Positions 30,164 to 38,724 of a stretch of 64,000 bases of DNA are shown here, piece after piece. Each line of letters starts with the position of its first letter. Within the stretch, counting starts at the first letter, position 1. Where the stretch lies: positions 133,407 through 197,406 of the forward strand of contig CAKPKP010000001.1 of NCBI GenBank assembly GCA_934167495.1, read 5' to 3'. Both the position numbers and the translations under genes were made by a program. Below the pieces are notes generated by a model, which was not told the DNA's origin, did not search any database, and saw only the letters and a program-made list of their open reading frames with translations. This stretch comes from an uncultured Clostridia bacterium. GTDB lineage: Bacteria > Bacillota > Clostridia > TANB77 > CAG-508.

Positions 30164-30808
30164 ATGTCAAATAGCAACATATATTCATTAAATGGAAAAT
30201 ATATTAATATAGAAGATGAGAAGCTAATAGAGATGATAAAAGCTGGAGATCAAAAGGCTTTAAATTTCCTATTAGACAAATATAACAATATGGTTAATAT
30301 GAAAGTTAACAAATATTTTATAATAGGAGCTGAAAGAGAAGACATAGTTCAAGAAGGATTAATTGGATTATATAAGGCAATAAAGAATTTTAATGGAGAA
30401 AAGCAAAATTCATTTAAAACCTTTGCTAACTTATGTATAGAAAGACAATTAATAACAGCTATAAAAAGTTCAAATAGGCAAAAGCATATGCCATTAAACT
30501 CATATTTATCCTTAAACAATTCGGCCTATGAAGAAAACGAAGATACAGAGTTGCTAGAAGTATTTGATACAGACATAATAGAAGACCCTCTAGATACAAT
30601 AATGAAAAAAGAATATTACAAATCAGTAGAAAATGAAATAGATAAAAACCTAAGTGACTTTGAAAAACAAGTTTTAAATAGATACACAAACGGAGAATCT
30701 TATATAGAAATAGCAACAAGATTAAATATGCCAGTAAAATCAATCGATAATGCAATACAAAGAATAAGAAAAAAAGCAACTAAAAATATAATATTAGATA
30801 AAGATTAA
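30164..30808 (+). CDS. sigH: RNA polymerase sigma factor SigH (Spo0H)
   Basis: near-colinear with B. subtilis SigH: YFIIGAEREDIVQEGLIGLYKAIKNF, RQKHMPLNSY, VKSIDNAIQRIRKK. Confidence 0.85.
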   Translation: MSNSNIYSLNGKYINIEDEKLIEMIKAGDQKALNFLLDKYNNMVNMKVNKYFIIGAEREDIVQEGLIGLYKAIKNFNGEKQNSFKTFANLCIERQLITAIKSSNRQKHMPLNSYLSLNNSAYEENEDTELLEVFDTDIIEDPLDTIMKKEYYKSVENEIDKNLSDFEKQVLNRYTNGESYIEIATRLNMPVKSIDNAIQRIRKKATKNIILDKD

Positions 30809-30857
30809 AAAACGTGGATAGTAAAAAAATAAATATTACTATCCACAAATAAATTAT

Positions 30858-30933
30858 GCTTTCATAGCTCAGTCGGTAGAGCACTACCTTGGTAAGGTAG
30901 AGGTCGCGGGTTCGATTCCCGCTGTAAGCTCCA
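30858..30933 (+). tRNA. tRNA-Thr (anticodon GGT), CCA encoded
   Basis: GCTTTCATAGCTCAGTCGGTAGAGCACTACCTTGGTAAGGTAGAGGTCGCGGGTTCGATTCCCGCTGTAAGCTCCA; one U-U mismatch in acceptor stem. Confidence 0.75.
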
Positions 30934-30937
30934 ATTC

Positions 30938-31004
30938 ATGTCAATGGGGACGGAGATTTTTGACACAAAAACAAACTGTCAAAAACCTCCGTCCCCATTG
31001 ACAT
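30938..31004. repeat. 67-bp GC-cored palindromic element, copy P1
   Basis: atgtcaatggggacggagatttttgaca-caaaaacaaac-tgtcaaaaacctccgtccccattgacat. Confidence 0.7.
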
Positions 31005-31023
31005 ATTATTTAACATTAAACAG

Positions 31024-31052
31024 TTTACATAAGCACGAATATGTGGTATAAT
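31024..31052 (+). promoter_or_regulatory. promoter candidate TTTACA-17-TATAAT with extended TG
   Basis: tttaca...tgGtataat upstream of flotillin gene. Confidence 0.45.
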
Positions 31053-31136
31053 GTGCAGGTAGAGTTTTATTCTGTACAACAAAAGAATAATGTAGTGGAA
31101 AATATTAGTAAAATTTAAAAGGAGATGCTTATTATT

Positions 31137-32864
31137 ATGTTGCAAACGATTTTATCTATTATTATTCCTGTGGTAATTGTAATTGTTATACTTGTTGCAA
31201 TTATTCTGCTCGCAAAGTCTATGTACCGCATTGCAGATGTTGACAAAGCGCTTATCATTACAGGTGGCAAGAAACCAAAGATTATTGTCTCTGGTGGTGC
31301 TTTTGTAATTCCGATTATTCGGAAAGCGGATTTTTTTGATCTCTGCATGCTTACAGTACCAGCCGATGAAGATGAAATTATGACAAAAACAGCAGTTCCA
31401 ATTATTGTTGACTGGACAGCTCAGATTCGTCCTGACAGGTCAGACGATACTCAGCTTGAAACTGCCATTATCTCATTCAAAGAAAGAGGTAAGGGTGGTA
31501 TTATCGACGATGTTCGACTTACTCTTATGGGTGCGGTTCGTGATGTTGTTGCGAGCATGACACCAGAGGAAGTTCTTGCTGATAAAGAAACTTTTAAGAA
31601 AAATGTTCAGGTGTCTGTCGAAGATGAAATGAAAAAGATGGGGCTGGAGCTTGTTTCACTTAACATCCAGGATATCACTGACCGCAATGGTTATTTTGAT
31701 AATATTGCGTTCATTGATAAGGCCGAGAAACAACAAGCTGCTAATATCAAGGCTGCTGAGACTGATCGTATCACTCGTGAACGTAAGGCTTCTGAAAGTC
31801 TTGCGGCAGAAAAAGCTGAAGCAGAAGCAAAACGTCAGGCTGAAATTGCTCGAATGGATGCAGAGCAGGCTGAAAAGGAAAAGCGCAAGGAAACTGATAT
31901 GAAAATTGCTCAGTTCCGTATTGAGACAGACACTGCCCAAGCTGATGCTGAAGTTGCAAAGGAATTACAAGCAACTGTAAGACAGAAAGAAGTTGAAGAA
32001 CAGCGCGGTGCTGTTGAGATTATGAAGCAGGAGCAAATGAATCTCGCAGCCCAGAAGGAAAGAGAGGTCAAGATTACTCGCGCGGAATCCGAAAAGGCTA
32101 CTATGCTCATTGAGGCAGAAACTGCTGCTAATGTTAAGTCTATTGAGGCCCAAAATGAAATTCAGGTAGCTGAGCGCAAGGCTGATGCTAAGCGCAAGGA
32201 GGCAGAAGGTATTGCAGACGTTCAAAAAACTCAGGCAGCAGCACGTGTTGCTGTTGCTGAAAAGGAGGCCGAAGCAGTAAAAATGGGAGCAGAAGCTGCT
32301 GCTTCCAAGACTCGTGCAGAGGGTATTGCAGCGGCAGATGTTGCTAAGGCTCAGAAGGTAGCCGAAGCAGAAGGACATAAGGCTCAGCTTCTTGCAGAAG
32401 CAGAAGGTATTAAAGCTCAGCAGTTAGCTGAAGCAGAAGGTATCAAAGCTAAAAAACTTGCAGAAGCAGAAGGTGAACGAGTACTTGCTGAAGCACGAGC
32501 TGCTAATGATAAGGTCAACTTCGAAATTGAGAAGTTGAAAATTCAGACTGATGCTCAGATTAAGATTGCTACCAGCACTGCAGAAATTATGGCAAATATT
32601 GGTCAGAATGCTGAATTCGTCAATATTGGCGGCGGAAATCTCTCTAACCTCAATGGTAACGGAGTAACTGGCAATGCTCTTATTGACACTATCATGTCCA
32701 TTCCTGGAATTATGAAAGTTCTCAATGTTGAAAATCAGGTTCTTAACGGGAAATCAATGACTGATGAAATTAAGGAAATCTCTGATGCAACTTTGAGTGG
32801 TCTCAGTGGTTTGCGAAAATCTTCAGGAGAAACTTCAGAACCTGAAAAAACTAAAACCGAATGA
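31137..32864 (+). CDS. flotillin (FloT/YuaG-like SPFH/band-7 protein), compositionally foreign (~42-45% GC)
   Basis: N-terminal TM, SPFH core colinear with B. subtilis FloT, long Ala/Glu/Lys-rich coiled coil; ATG 31137 preferred (GGAG abuts 31125). Confidence 0.8.
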   Translation: MLQTILSIIIPVVIVIVILVAIILLAKSMYRIADVDKALIITGGKKPKIIVSGGAFVIPIIRKADFFDLCMLTVPADEDEIMTKTAVPIIVDWTAQIRPDRSDDTQLETAIISFKERGKGGIIDDVRLTLMGAVRDVVASMTPEEVLADKETFKKNVQVSVEDEMKKMGLELVSLNIQDITDRNGYFDNIAFIDKAEKQQAANIKAAETDRITRERKASESLAAEKAEAEAKRQAEIARMDAEQAEKEKRKETDMKIAQFRIETDTAQADAEVAKELQATVRQKEVEEQRGAVEIMKQEQMNLAAQKEREVKITRAESEKATMLIEAETAANVKSIEAQNEIQVAERKADAKRKEAEGIADVQKTQAAARVAVAEKEAEAVKMGAEAAASKTRAEGIAAADVAKAQKVAEAEGHKAQLLAEAEGIKAQQLAEAEGIKAKKLAEAEGERVLAEARAANDKVNFEIEKLKIQTDAQIKIATSTAEIMANIGQNAEFVNIGGGNLSNLNGNGVTGNALIDTIMSIPGIMKVLNVENQVLNGKSMTDEIKEISDATLSGLSGLRKSSGETSEPEKTKTE

Positions 32865-32911
32865 AATCCACAGTATAAACTCTAAGTTAATTACTAATCT
32901 ACTACATTCTT

Positions 32912-32950
32912 TTGGGAGGGTACCATCAATATGGATACCCTCTTTTTATT
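32912..32950 (+). terminator. rho-independent terminator
   Basis: gagggta-ccatcaatatgga-taccctc + tttttatttt. Confidence 0.55.
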
Positions 32951-32963
32951 TTGTTCTCAACGG

Positions 32964-33030
32964 ATGTCAACGGGGACGGAGATTTTTGACACAAAAACTA
33001 ACTGTCAAAAACCTTCGTCCTTATTGATAC
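32964..33030. repeat. 67-bp palindromic element, copy P2 (degenerate right arm)
   Basis: atgtcaacggggacggagatttttgacacaaaaactaactgtcaaaaaccttcgtccttattgatac. Confidence 0.65.
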
Positions 33031-33178
33031 TTGCTGTCATATAATGCAATTCAATAAGTAAGTTGACATTTTATGTAAAGCAATATATAATATATAATAT
33101 ATTTTTTAGTTACCCAAAAAGGTTTAACAAATCTTGGAGGGTAAAACCTCCAAGAAATACAAGGAGGAATTATTTATT

Positions 33179-33568
33179 ATGACTGCATTAAAGCAATTTA
33201 ACAGAGCACTTGAAAAACTGCCAACTAGATTAAAAGAATTAAAAAAATTAATTACCCAACAAGATTGGAAGAAAGAAGAGATAAATCAAGCAATTTCAAT
33301 ACTTGAAAGTCTTGAAGAAGGAGATTGGTTTGATTCAATACCATATGCCAGTATACAATTTACCAGGGTGGCATTGTACTTTTCTCCGAGTGAATGTGGA
33401 GTGAATAATAAGTTTTTTAATTCTAAAAATATTCTAAAGGCATGCGAATACACCCGTGGGTTGTTGGAAAAGATAAATGAAATATCTAAGTACATACAAT
33501 TTACCTTAGACGGATGGGCACTTGAAGATGAGGAAATGTGTATATTTTATATCAGGTGGGAAATTTAA
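33179..33568 (+). CDS. hypothetical 129-aa protein inside the islet
   Basis: AAGGAGG RBS; preceded by perfect hairpin cttggagggtaaaacctccaag; no recognisable motif. Confidence 0.45.
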   Translation: MTALKQFNRALEKLPTRLKELKKLITQQDWKKEEINQAISILESLEEGDWFDSIPYASIQFTRVALYFSPSECGVNNKFFNSKNILKACEYTRGLLEKINEISKYIQFTLDGWALEDEEMCIFYIRWEI

Positions 33569-33626
33569 AAAATATAGTTGAAATAGATAGGTTTTATACA
33601 AATTAGTATGAGACCTATTTATTATT

Positions 33627-33780
33627 TAATAGGAAATTCCAATGAAAATCCTATTAGATAAAATTACATTGTACAGAAATTTGCTATATGCAAATTTCGT
33701 ACACGAACAATTAAACGTGGGCTGAACGTTACAATTTAAAATGTAGAAAAATTTAATCAGCCACTATTGTTCTTTGGGGT
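33627..33780 (+). repeat. dispersed structured intergenic repeat, copy 4 (full variant A with 3-prime closing arm)
   Basis: H1, H2, and cacgaacaattaaacgtgggctga...tcagccactattgttc. Confidence 0.6.
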
Positions 33781-33786
33781 TGCTAA

Positions 33787-33820
33787 ATGATGTCAAAAAT
33801 CTCCGTCCCCATTGACATAT
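33787..33820. repeat. palindromic element half-copy P3 (exact reverse complement of P1 left arm)
   Basis: atgatgtcaaaaatctccgtccccattgacatat. Confidence 0.65.
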
Positions 33821-33839
33821 AAAATTGTGATGATATAAT
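33812..33839 (+). promoter_or_regulatory. promoter TTGACA-16-TGaTATAAT for mscL; -35 lies inside palindrome half-copy
   Basis: ccattgacatataaaattgtgatgatataat. Confidence 0.5.
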
Positions 33840-33876
33840 ATTTTTTAGTAAAATATATTATTATAGGAGAAGTATT

Positions 33877-34344
33877 ATGGGAAAAAAAGAAGAAATAATG
33901 AAAAAATTAGACAAAGATGAATTAAAAGAAGTAAACAAGAGAATAAGCAAAGGTGCATCAGAATTTAAAAAATTTATAATGAAAGGTGATGTTGTTGACT
34001 TAGCTGTTGGTGTTATAATAGGTGGAGCTTTTGGAAAAATAGTAACTTCTTTAGTAAATGATATATTAATGCCAATAATTGGAGTATTAATTGGAGGGAT
34101 TGATTTTAGTAATTTAAGTATTGATTTTATAGATGCTAAAATTATGTATGGCTCTTTTATTCAACAGGTTTTGGATTTTCTTATAATTTCATTATGTATT
34201 TTTATCTTTGTTAAAGTTATAGCTAAAATTACAAATAAAAAAGAAATTGAGGAAGAGAGTGAAAAAGAGAGTAAAAAAACAGATGTGGTTATATTATTAG
34301 AAGAAATTAGAGATTTGCTAAAAGAAAAAAATAATATAAAATAA
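33877..34344 (+). CDS. mscL: large-conductance mechanosensitive channel
   Basis: [29 protein letters not shown]. Confidence 0.9.
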   Translation: MGKKEEIMKKLDKDELKEVNKRISKGASEFKKFIMKGDVVDLAVGVIIGGAFGKIVTSLVNDILMPIIGVLIGGIDFSNLSIDFIDAKIMYGSFIQQVLDFLIISLCIFIFVKVIAKITNKKEIEEESEKESKKTDVVILLEEIRDLLKEKNNIK

Positions 34345-34457
34345 GAAATTTGTATTTTGATTTAAAATATGCTATAATTCAAAGCATTATCAGGTTTTAA
34401 CCTGGAATTTCTAATTATATTCAACAAAAATAATTTTTTATTGGAGGTTTTAAAACT

Positions 34458-34753
34458 ATGTTAGAAAAATTTTTAAAGTACATTTGAATTCCTACAAATT
34501 CGAGTCATGAAACAGAAAAAAAGCCGAGTACAGAATCCAAATGGAATTTAGCAAGAGTACTAGTCGAAGAACTAAAAAATTAAATCCTGATTAAAAAAAT
34601 CATGTAGGTAAAACTTTAATTACTACAGATTATTACCAAAAGAATATCCTAAAACAACTGAAAATGATGAAGGATATTATCATATCGGTTCAATTCGAGG
34701 CGATGTTTCAGAAACAAAAATGAGATTTTTGATTAGAGATTTTAAAATGGCAA
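34458..34753 (+). pseudogene. peptidase T (pepT) remnant: N-terminal and mid-gene fragments with stops and a large internal deletion
   Basis: MLEKFLKYI*IPTNSSHETEKKPSTESKWNLARVLVEELK matches PepT N-terminus (ERFTTYVKVDTQSDES..PSTPGQLTLGNMLVDELK); EGYYHIGSIRGDVSETKMRFLIRDF matches PepT [25 protein letters not shown]. Confidence 0.6.
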
Positions 34754-34767
34754 ATTTGCTTTTTAAT

Positions 34768-35040
34768 ATTATAGGAAAGTTCGCTGAACTTCCTATAATA
34801 TAAATATATTGCACAGAAATTTGCTTTGCAAATTTCACACACGAACAAAGACGCGGACTTCAAAATGTTTTAATAAGTACAAAAGTTATTAATGTCCGCT
34901 TTTGTTCTCTCTTTTTCTATATATTTTTGGATAGAAAATTTACTAAAATCAATTCTGCACAATAACAATTAAATGTGGACTAATTTCCACAATTTGAAAT
35001 ATAGAAAAATTTAATTAGTCCATTATTGTTATATTATTTA
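34768..35040 (+). repeat. dispersed structured intergenic repeat, copy 5 (variant B module followed by variant A 3-prime module)
   Basis: near-identical to copy 2 for ~140 nt, then acaataacaattaaatgtggactaa...ttagtccattattgtt. Confidence 0.6.
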
Positions 35041-35165
35041 GATTTTGCATCAATAAATAAAATTTATTCTAAAAGCATTGTAATATTTAAAATATTTGAT
35101 ATAATCTAGTATATTGATTTTAAAATAAAATTAAAAATATAATAAATATAAAAGGAGAAAACAAA

Positions 35166-36257
35166 ATGAAAATAGGAATAGTAGGACTTCCAAACGTAGG
35201 AAAGAGTACAATGTTTAATAGTATAACAAATGCAGGTGCAGAGTGTGCAAATTACCCATTTTGTACAATTGAGCCAAATGTTGGAGTAGTACCAGTACCA
35301 GACGAGAGATTAGATGTTTTATCTAAAATGTATAATACTCAAAAAACAACTCATGCAATTGTAGAATTTGTTGACATCGCAGGACTTGTAAAAGGAGCAA
35401 GTAAAGGAGAAGGATTAGGAAATAAATTTTTATCTCATATTCGTGAAGTGGATAGCATTGTTGAAGTAGTAAGATGTTTTGAGGATTCAAATATAGTTCA
35501 TGTTGATGGAAGTGTTAATCCTATTAGAGATATAGAAACTATAAATTTAGAATTAATATTTGCAGATATAGAAACAATAGATAAAAAAATAGATAAAGTA
35601 ACAAAAATGTTAAAGGCAGACAAAAAGTATCAAGTAGAGTTAGATTTATTAAAAAGAGTAAAAAGTGTATTAGAGTCAGGAAAATCTGCAAGAACAATAG
35701 AGTTTACTGATGAGGAAAAAGAATTATTAAAAGATACTTTTCTACTTACACAAAAACCGATATTATATATAGCTAATGTTTCAGAAGATCAGTTATCAGA
35801 TGTAAATAATTGTCAAAATGTAAAAGATGTAATTGAATATGCCAAAAAAGAAAATTCTCAGGTAATACCATTATGTGTTAAGATAGAAGAAGAGTTATCT
35901 TCATTAGATGATAATGATAAAAAAGAAATGTTAGATGCATTAGGTATGGAAGAATCTGGATTGGATAAAGTTATAAAAGCAAGTTACGATTTATTAGGAT
36001 TAATGTCTTTCTTAACTGCTGGTGAACCAGAAGTTAGAGCATGGACAATAAAAAAAGGAACTAAAGCACCAGCTGCTGCAGGAAAAATACATTCAGATAT
36101 AGAAAGAGGATTCATAAGAGCTGAAATTGTATCATATGATGATTTAGTAAGAGAAGGGTCAATGGTAGCTGCAAGAGAAAAAGGACTTGTAAGATCAGAA
36201 GGAAAAGAATACATCATGCAAGATGGAGATGTAGTGTTGTTTAGATTTAATGTTTAA
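35166..36257 (+). CDS. ychF: ribosome-binding ATPase YchF (Obg-family)
   Basis: MKIGIVGLPNVGKSTMFN, TGS domain C-terminus. Confidence 0.92.
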   Translation: MKIGIVGLPNVGKSTMFNSITNAGAECANYPFCTIEPNVGVVPVPDERLDVLSKMYNTQKTTHAIVEFVDIAGLVKGASKGEGLGNKFLSHIREVDSIVEVVRCFEDSNIVHVDGSVNPIRDIETINLELIFADIETIDKKIDKVTKMLKADKKYQVELDLLKRVKSVLESGKSARTIEFTDEEKELLKDTFLLTQKPILYIANVSEDQLSDVNNCQNVKDVIEYAKKENSQVIPLCVKIEEELSSLDDNDKKEMLDALGMEESGLDKVIKASYDLLGLMSFLTAGEPEVRAWTIKKGTKAPAAAGKIHSDIERGFIRAEIVSYDDLVREGSMVAAREKGLVRSEGKEYIMQDGDVVLFRFNV

Positions 36258-36293
36258 AATGTAAAAAAATTGTAAAAAAAATGTAAAAAAGGC

Positions 36294-36322
36294 TTGAAAA
36301 AATTTTTTTGTTATGTTATAAA
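36294..36322 (+). promoter_or_regulatory. promoter candidate TTGAAA-17-TATAAA
   Basis: upstream of 36380 gene. Confidence 0.35.
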
Positions 36323-36379
36323 CATAAAAGATGTATAAATAATACAAAAGTAAAAATAATAATTATAGGAGATAATATT

Positions 36380-36751
36380 ATGAAAAAAGAAAAATGTTTA
36401 TTAATTTTATTATTAAGTATAGTAATTTTAGCTATAATGAGTATAAATGCTTTAGCTGTTGAAACTATATCAGCTTCAAACACTAATTCTGGTGTTCAAA
36501 GTATAACAGCAACAAACACAGGAGCAACCAATATTACAACTAATACAAATACAGCAACAAATACAGTTCAAAATACATCAAGCACATATAATAGAACAAG
36601 CAATGGTACAGCAACAACTGCTGGAAATTCTACAAATGCTTTACCTTATGCAGGAACAAATTCAACAATAGTATTCGTAATAGTAATATTAGTAACTTCA
36701 TCATTATATGCTTATAAAAAAGTAAGTGATTATAATATAAATGTAAAATAA
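36380..36751 (+). CDS. small Thr/Asn-rich secreted protein with C-terminal sorting-signal-like tail (LPYAG + TM + KK)
   Basis: signal peptide, TNTNTATNT repeats, ALPYAGTNSTIVFVIVILVTSSLYAYKKV. Confidence 0.5.
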   Translation: MKKEKCLLILLLSIVILAIMSINALAVETISASNTNSGVQSITATNTGATNITTNTNTATNTVQNTSSTYNRTSNGTATTAGNSTNALPYAGTNSTIVFVIVILVTSSLYAYKKVSDYNINVK

Positions 36752-36783
36752 ATTAAATTAAATGGAAAAAATCCTATTATATA

Positions 36784-36820
36784 AAAAATGAAAGTGATTA
36801 TAGTTTTACTTTCATTTTTT
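36784..36820. terminator. bidirectional hairpin terminator
   Basis: aaaatgaaagtgattatagttttactttcatttttt. Confidence 0.5.
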
Positions 36821-36838
36821 ATATAAAAGAATTTTTGT

Positions 36839-37493
36839 TTAAGTTTTGGCTTTTACAATAATTCTTTTTTTATTATAATTGTTGCAAGTAACTAATGTTA
36901 ATTCTTTACAGTTAATATTTTCTTGGATTATACAAGAAATGTCAGTTGAATCAACTTCATATATTTTATATATATAATAAGTATAAGAATCACCGATTTA
37001 AATCAGTAACTATAATGGAATCGTTTTTACTTAAAGATGAGAGTTTACTAAAAAAACGGTTATCATTATAATTATGTCCAGCAATGCACAAATTATTTTC
37101 GATATTTCCGTAAAACCTGCATGGAGCAATTTTAAGAAAATTGTAATCTAAATTGTTAAATATTGGATAATCAATGTTAATTTTATCAATTTTTATATTA
37201 CCTAAATATAAATTTGTATCAGATTTAGCAACATTTGAGTCATAAATAGACAAAATAGATAAATTTTCGTATAATGTTTTAGAAAAATTTTCATATTTAT
37301 AATTTAAGTAAATTTTGTAAGTGTAATAAATTGATAAAATTAGTGCAAAACTAATAGAGAGTATTAGTTGTATTTTAAAAAATAAAATATATAATTTCCT
37401 TCGATTAGATGGTTTAATAAGCAATATTTGATTCATGTTTATATTATTTGTAAATAAGTAAATTATATACAAAACAAATGTAAAAAATTGCAA
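36839..37493 (-). pseudogene. sortase paralogue disrupted by frameshift near 36990
   Basis: N-terminal frame ends ...IAGHNYNDNRFFSKLSSLSKNDSIIVTDLNR*; catalytic region ELTLVTCNNYNKKRIIVKAKT* continues in another frame. Confidence 0.55.
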
Positions 37494-37564
37494 TTTAAGT
37501 ATTGACTTTTTATAAAGTATGAATTACAATATAACTATAAATTTTAGAAAAGAGGAGTAGTATT

Positions 37565-38095
37565 ATGAAAAAAACATTGAAAATTATGATAGTAGCAGTA
37601 CTATTAATGGTAATAGCAACAACAGTTAATGCTTACACAAACGATGAACTTATAACATATTTAACAAGTTCAAAAACAGTTGCTGGTAAAACAGTAACAT
37701 TAACAGCAGATGAAAAAGGAGCTGTTAAAAAATATTTAGAAGCAAATCCATTATCAGATGAAGATGCAGCAGCAGTAAAAGCTAAAGCAGAAGCAGCTAT
37801 AGCAGTTATGGATGAAGCAAATACAACAGACGTAACAAAATTAAGTGATGCAGACAAAGAAAAACTTTTAACATTAGTTAATTCAGCAGCTGATATAGCT
37901 GGAGTTACAGTTAAAGTTGATACAGCTAAAAAATCAGTAACAGTATCTGACAAAGCTGGAAAAGCTATATTTGCAGAAAAATATACAACAAGATCAACAT
38001 TAACATATACAGGTGCTAACTATGCTATGTATATAGTTCCTGTTGTAGCAATAATTGCCGTTGCTATGGTAGTTGTTATAAAAAGAAATAAATAA
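37565..38095 (+). CDS. secreted Ala/Lys-rich protein with C-terminal sorting-signal-like tail (LTYTG + TM + KRNK)
   Basis: signal peptide; TLTYTGANYAMYIVPVVAIIAVAMVVVIKRNK; TTGACT-16-TACAAT promoter at 37503-37530. Confidence 0.5.
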   Translation: MKKTLKIMIVAVLLMVIATTVNAYTNDELITYLTSSKTVAGKTVTLTADEKGAVKKYLEANPLSDEDAAAVKAKAEAAIAVMDEANTTDVTKLSDADKEKLLTLVNSAADIAGVTVKVDTAKKSVTVSDKAGKAIFAEKYTTRSTLTYTGANYAMYIVPVVAIIAVAMVVVIKRNK

Positions 38096-38097
38096 TA

Positions 38098-38706
38098 ATG
38101 AAAAATGTATTTAAAGCAGCTATTATGTCAATAATAGTTGCTTTTTTATTTATTGCTATTCTTTACACTATAATATATGTTTGCGTAGGCGATCAAATAA
38201 TTGAGGCAATATCGCTAATAAATAAAGTAGCAATGGATAATTCGATGGATAAAACAGGAATAACAGAGATAAAATTGAGTGATAACAATAAATTGGTAGA
38301 ATATCCTGAATTTGGAGCACAGTATGGAACCATGAAAATAGAATCAATAGGTGTAGACTTACCATTATATTATGGCAATACTCTAGATATATTAAAATAT
38401 GGAATTGGTCAATCTAGTGCAGGATATTTTCCAAGTCAAGGAGGAAGTATAATCTGTATGGGACATAATTTTTCCTCTATGCTTGCGAGTCTACCAAAAA
38501 CAGAACCTGGCGAGGAAATTGTTATAGAAACTACATATGGTACATTTACATATGTAATTTATGATAAAAAGATAATAGATGAAACTGATTTTGATGCATT
38601 ACCAGTACAAGAAGAAGAAGAAATTTTAATGTTATATACATGCTATCCTATAGGAAATATTGGTCATGCAGGACAAAGATATGTGGTATATGCAAAATTA
38701 AAATAA
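38098..38706 (+). CDS. sortase (cysteine transpeptidase), N-terminal TM anchor
   Basis: ICMGHNF His region, LMLYTCYP (TLxTC-like catalytic Cys), GQRYVVYAKL Arg. Confidence 0.7.
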   Translation: MKNVFKAAIMSIIVAFLFIAILYTIIYVCVGDQIIEAISLINKVAMDNSMDKTGITEIKLSDNNKLVEYPEFGAQYGTMKIESIGVDLPLYYGNTLDILKYGIGQSSAGYFPSQGGSIICMGHNFSSMLASLPKTEPGEEIVIETTYGTFTYVIYDKKIIDETDFDALPVQEEEEILMLYTCYPIGNIGHAGQRYVVYAKLK

Positions 38707-38724
38707 TTGATAGGAGAATTGAAT

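Noticed and set aside
31651-32378. Several 66-137 aa ORFs on both strands inside the flotillin gene
   Set aside because: Higher GC of this gene removes stop codons in alternative frames; all overlap a strongly supported CDS.
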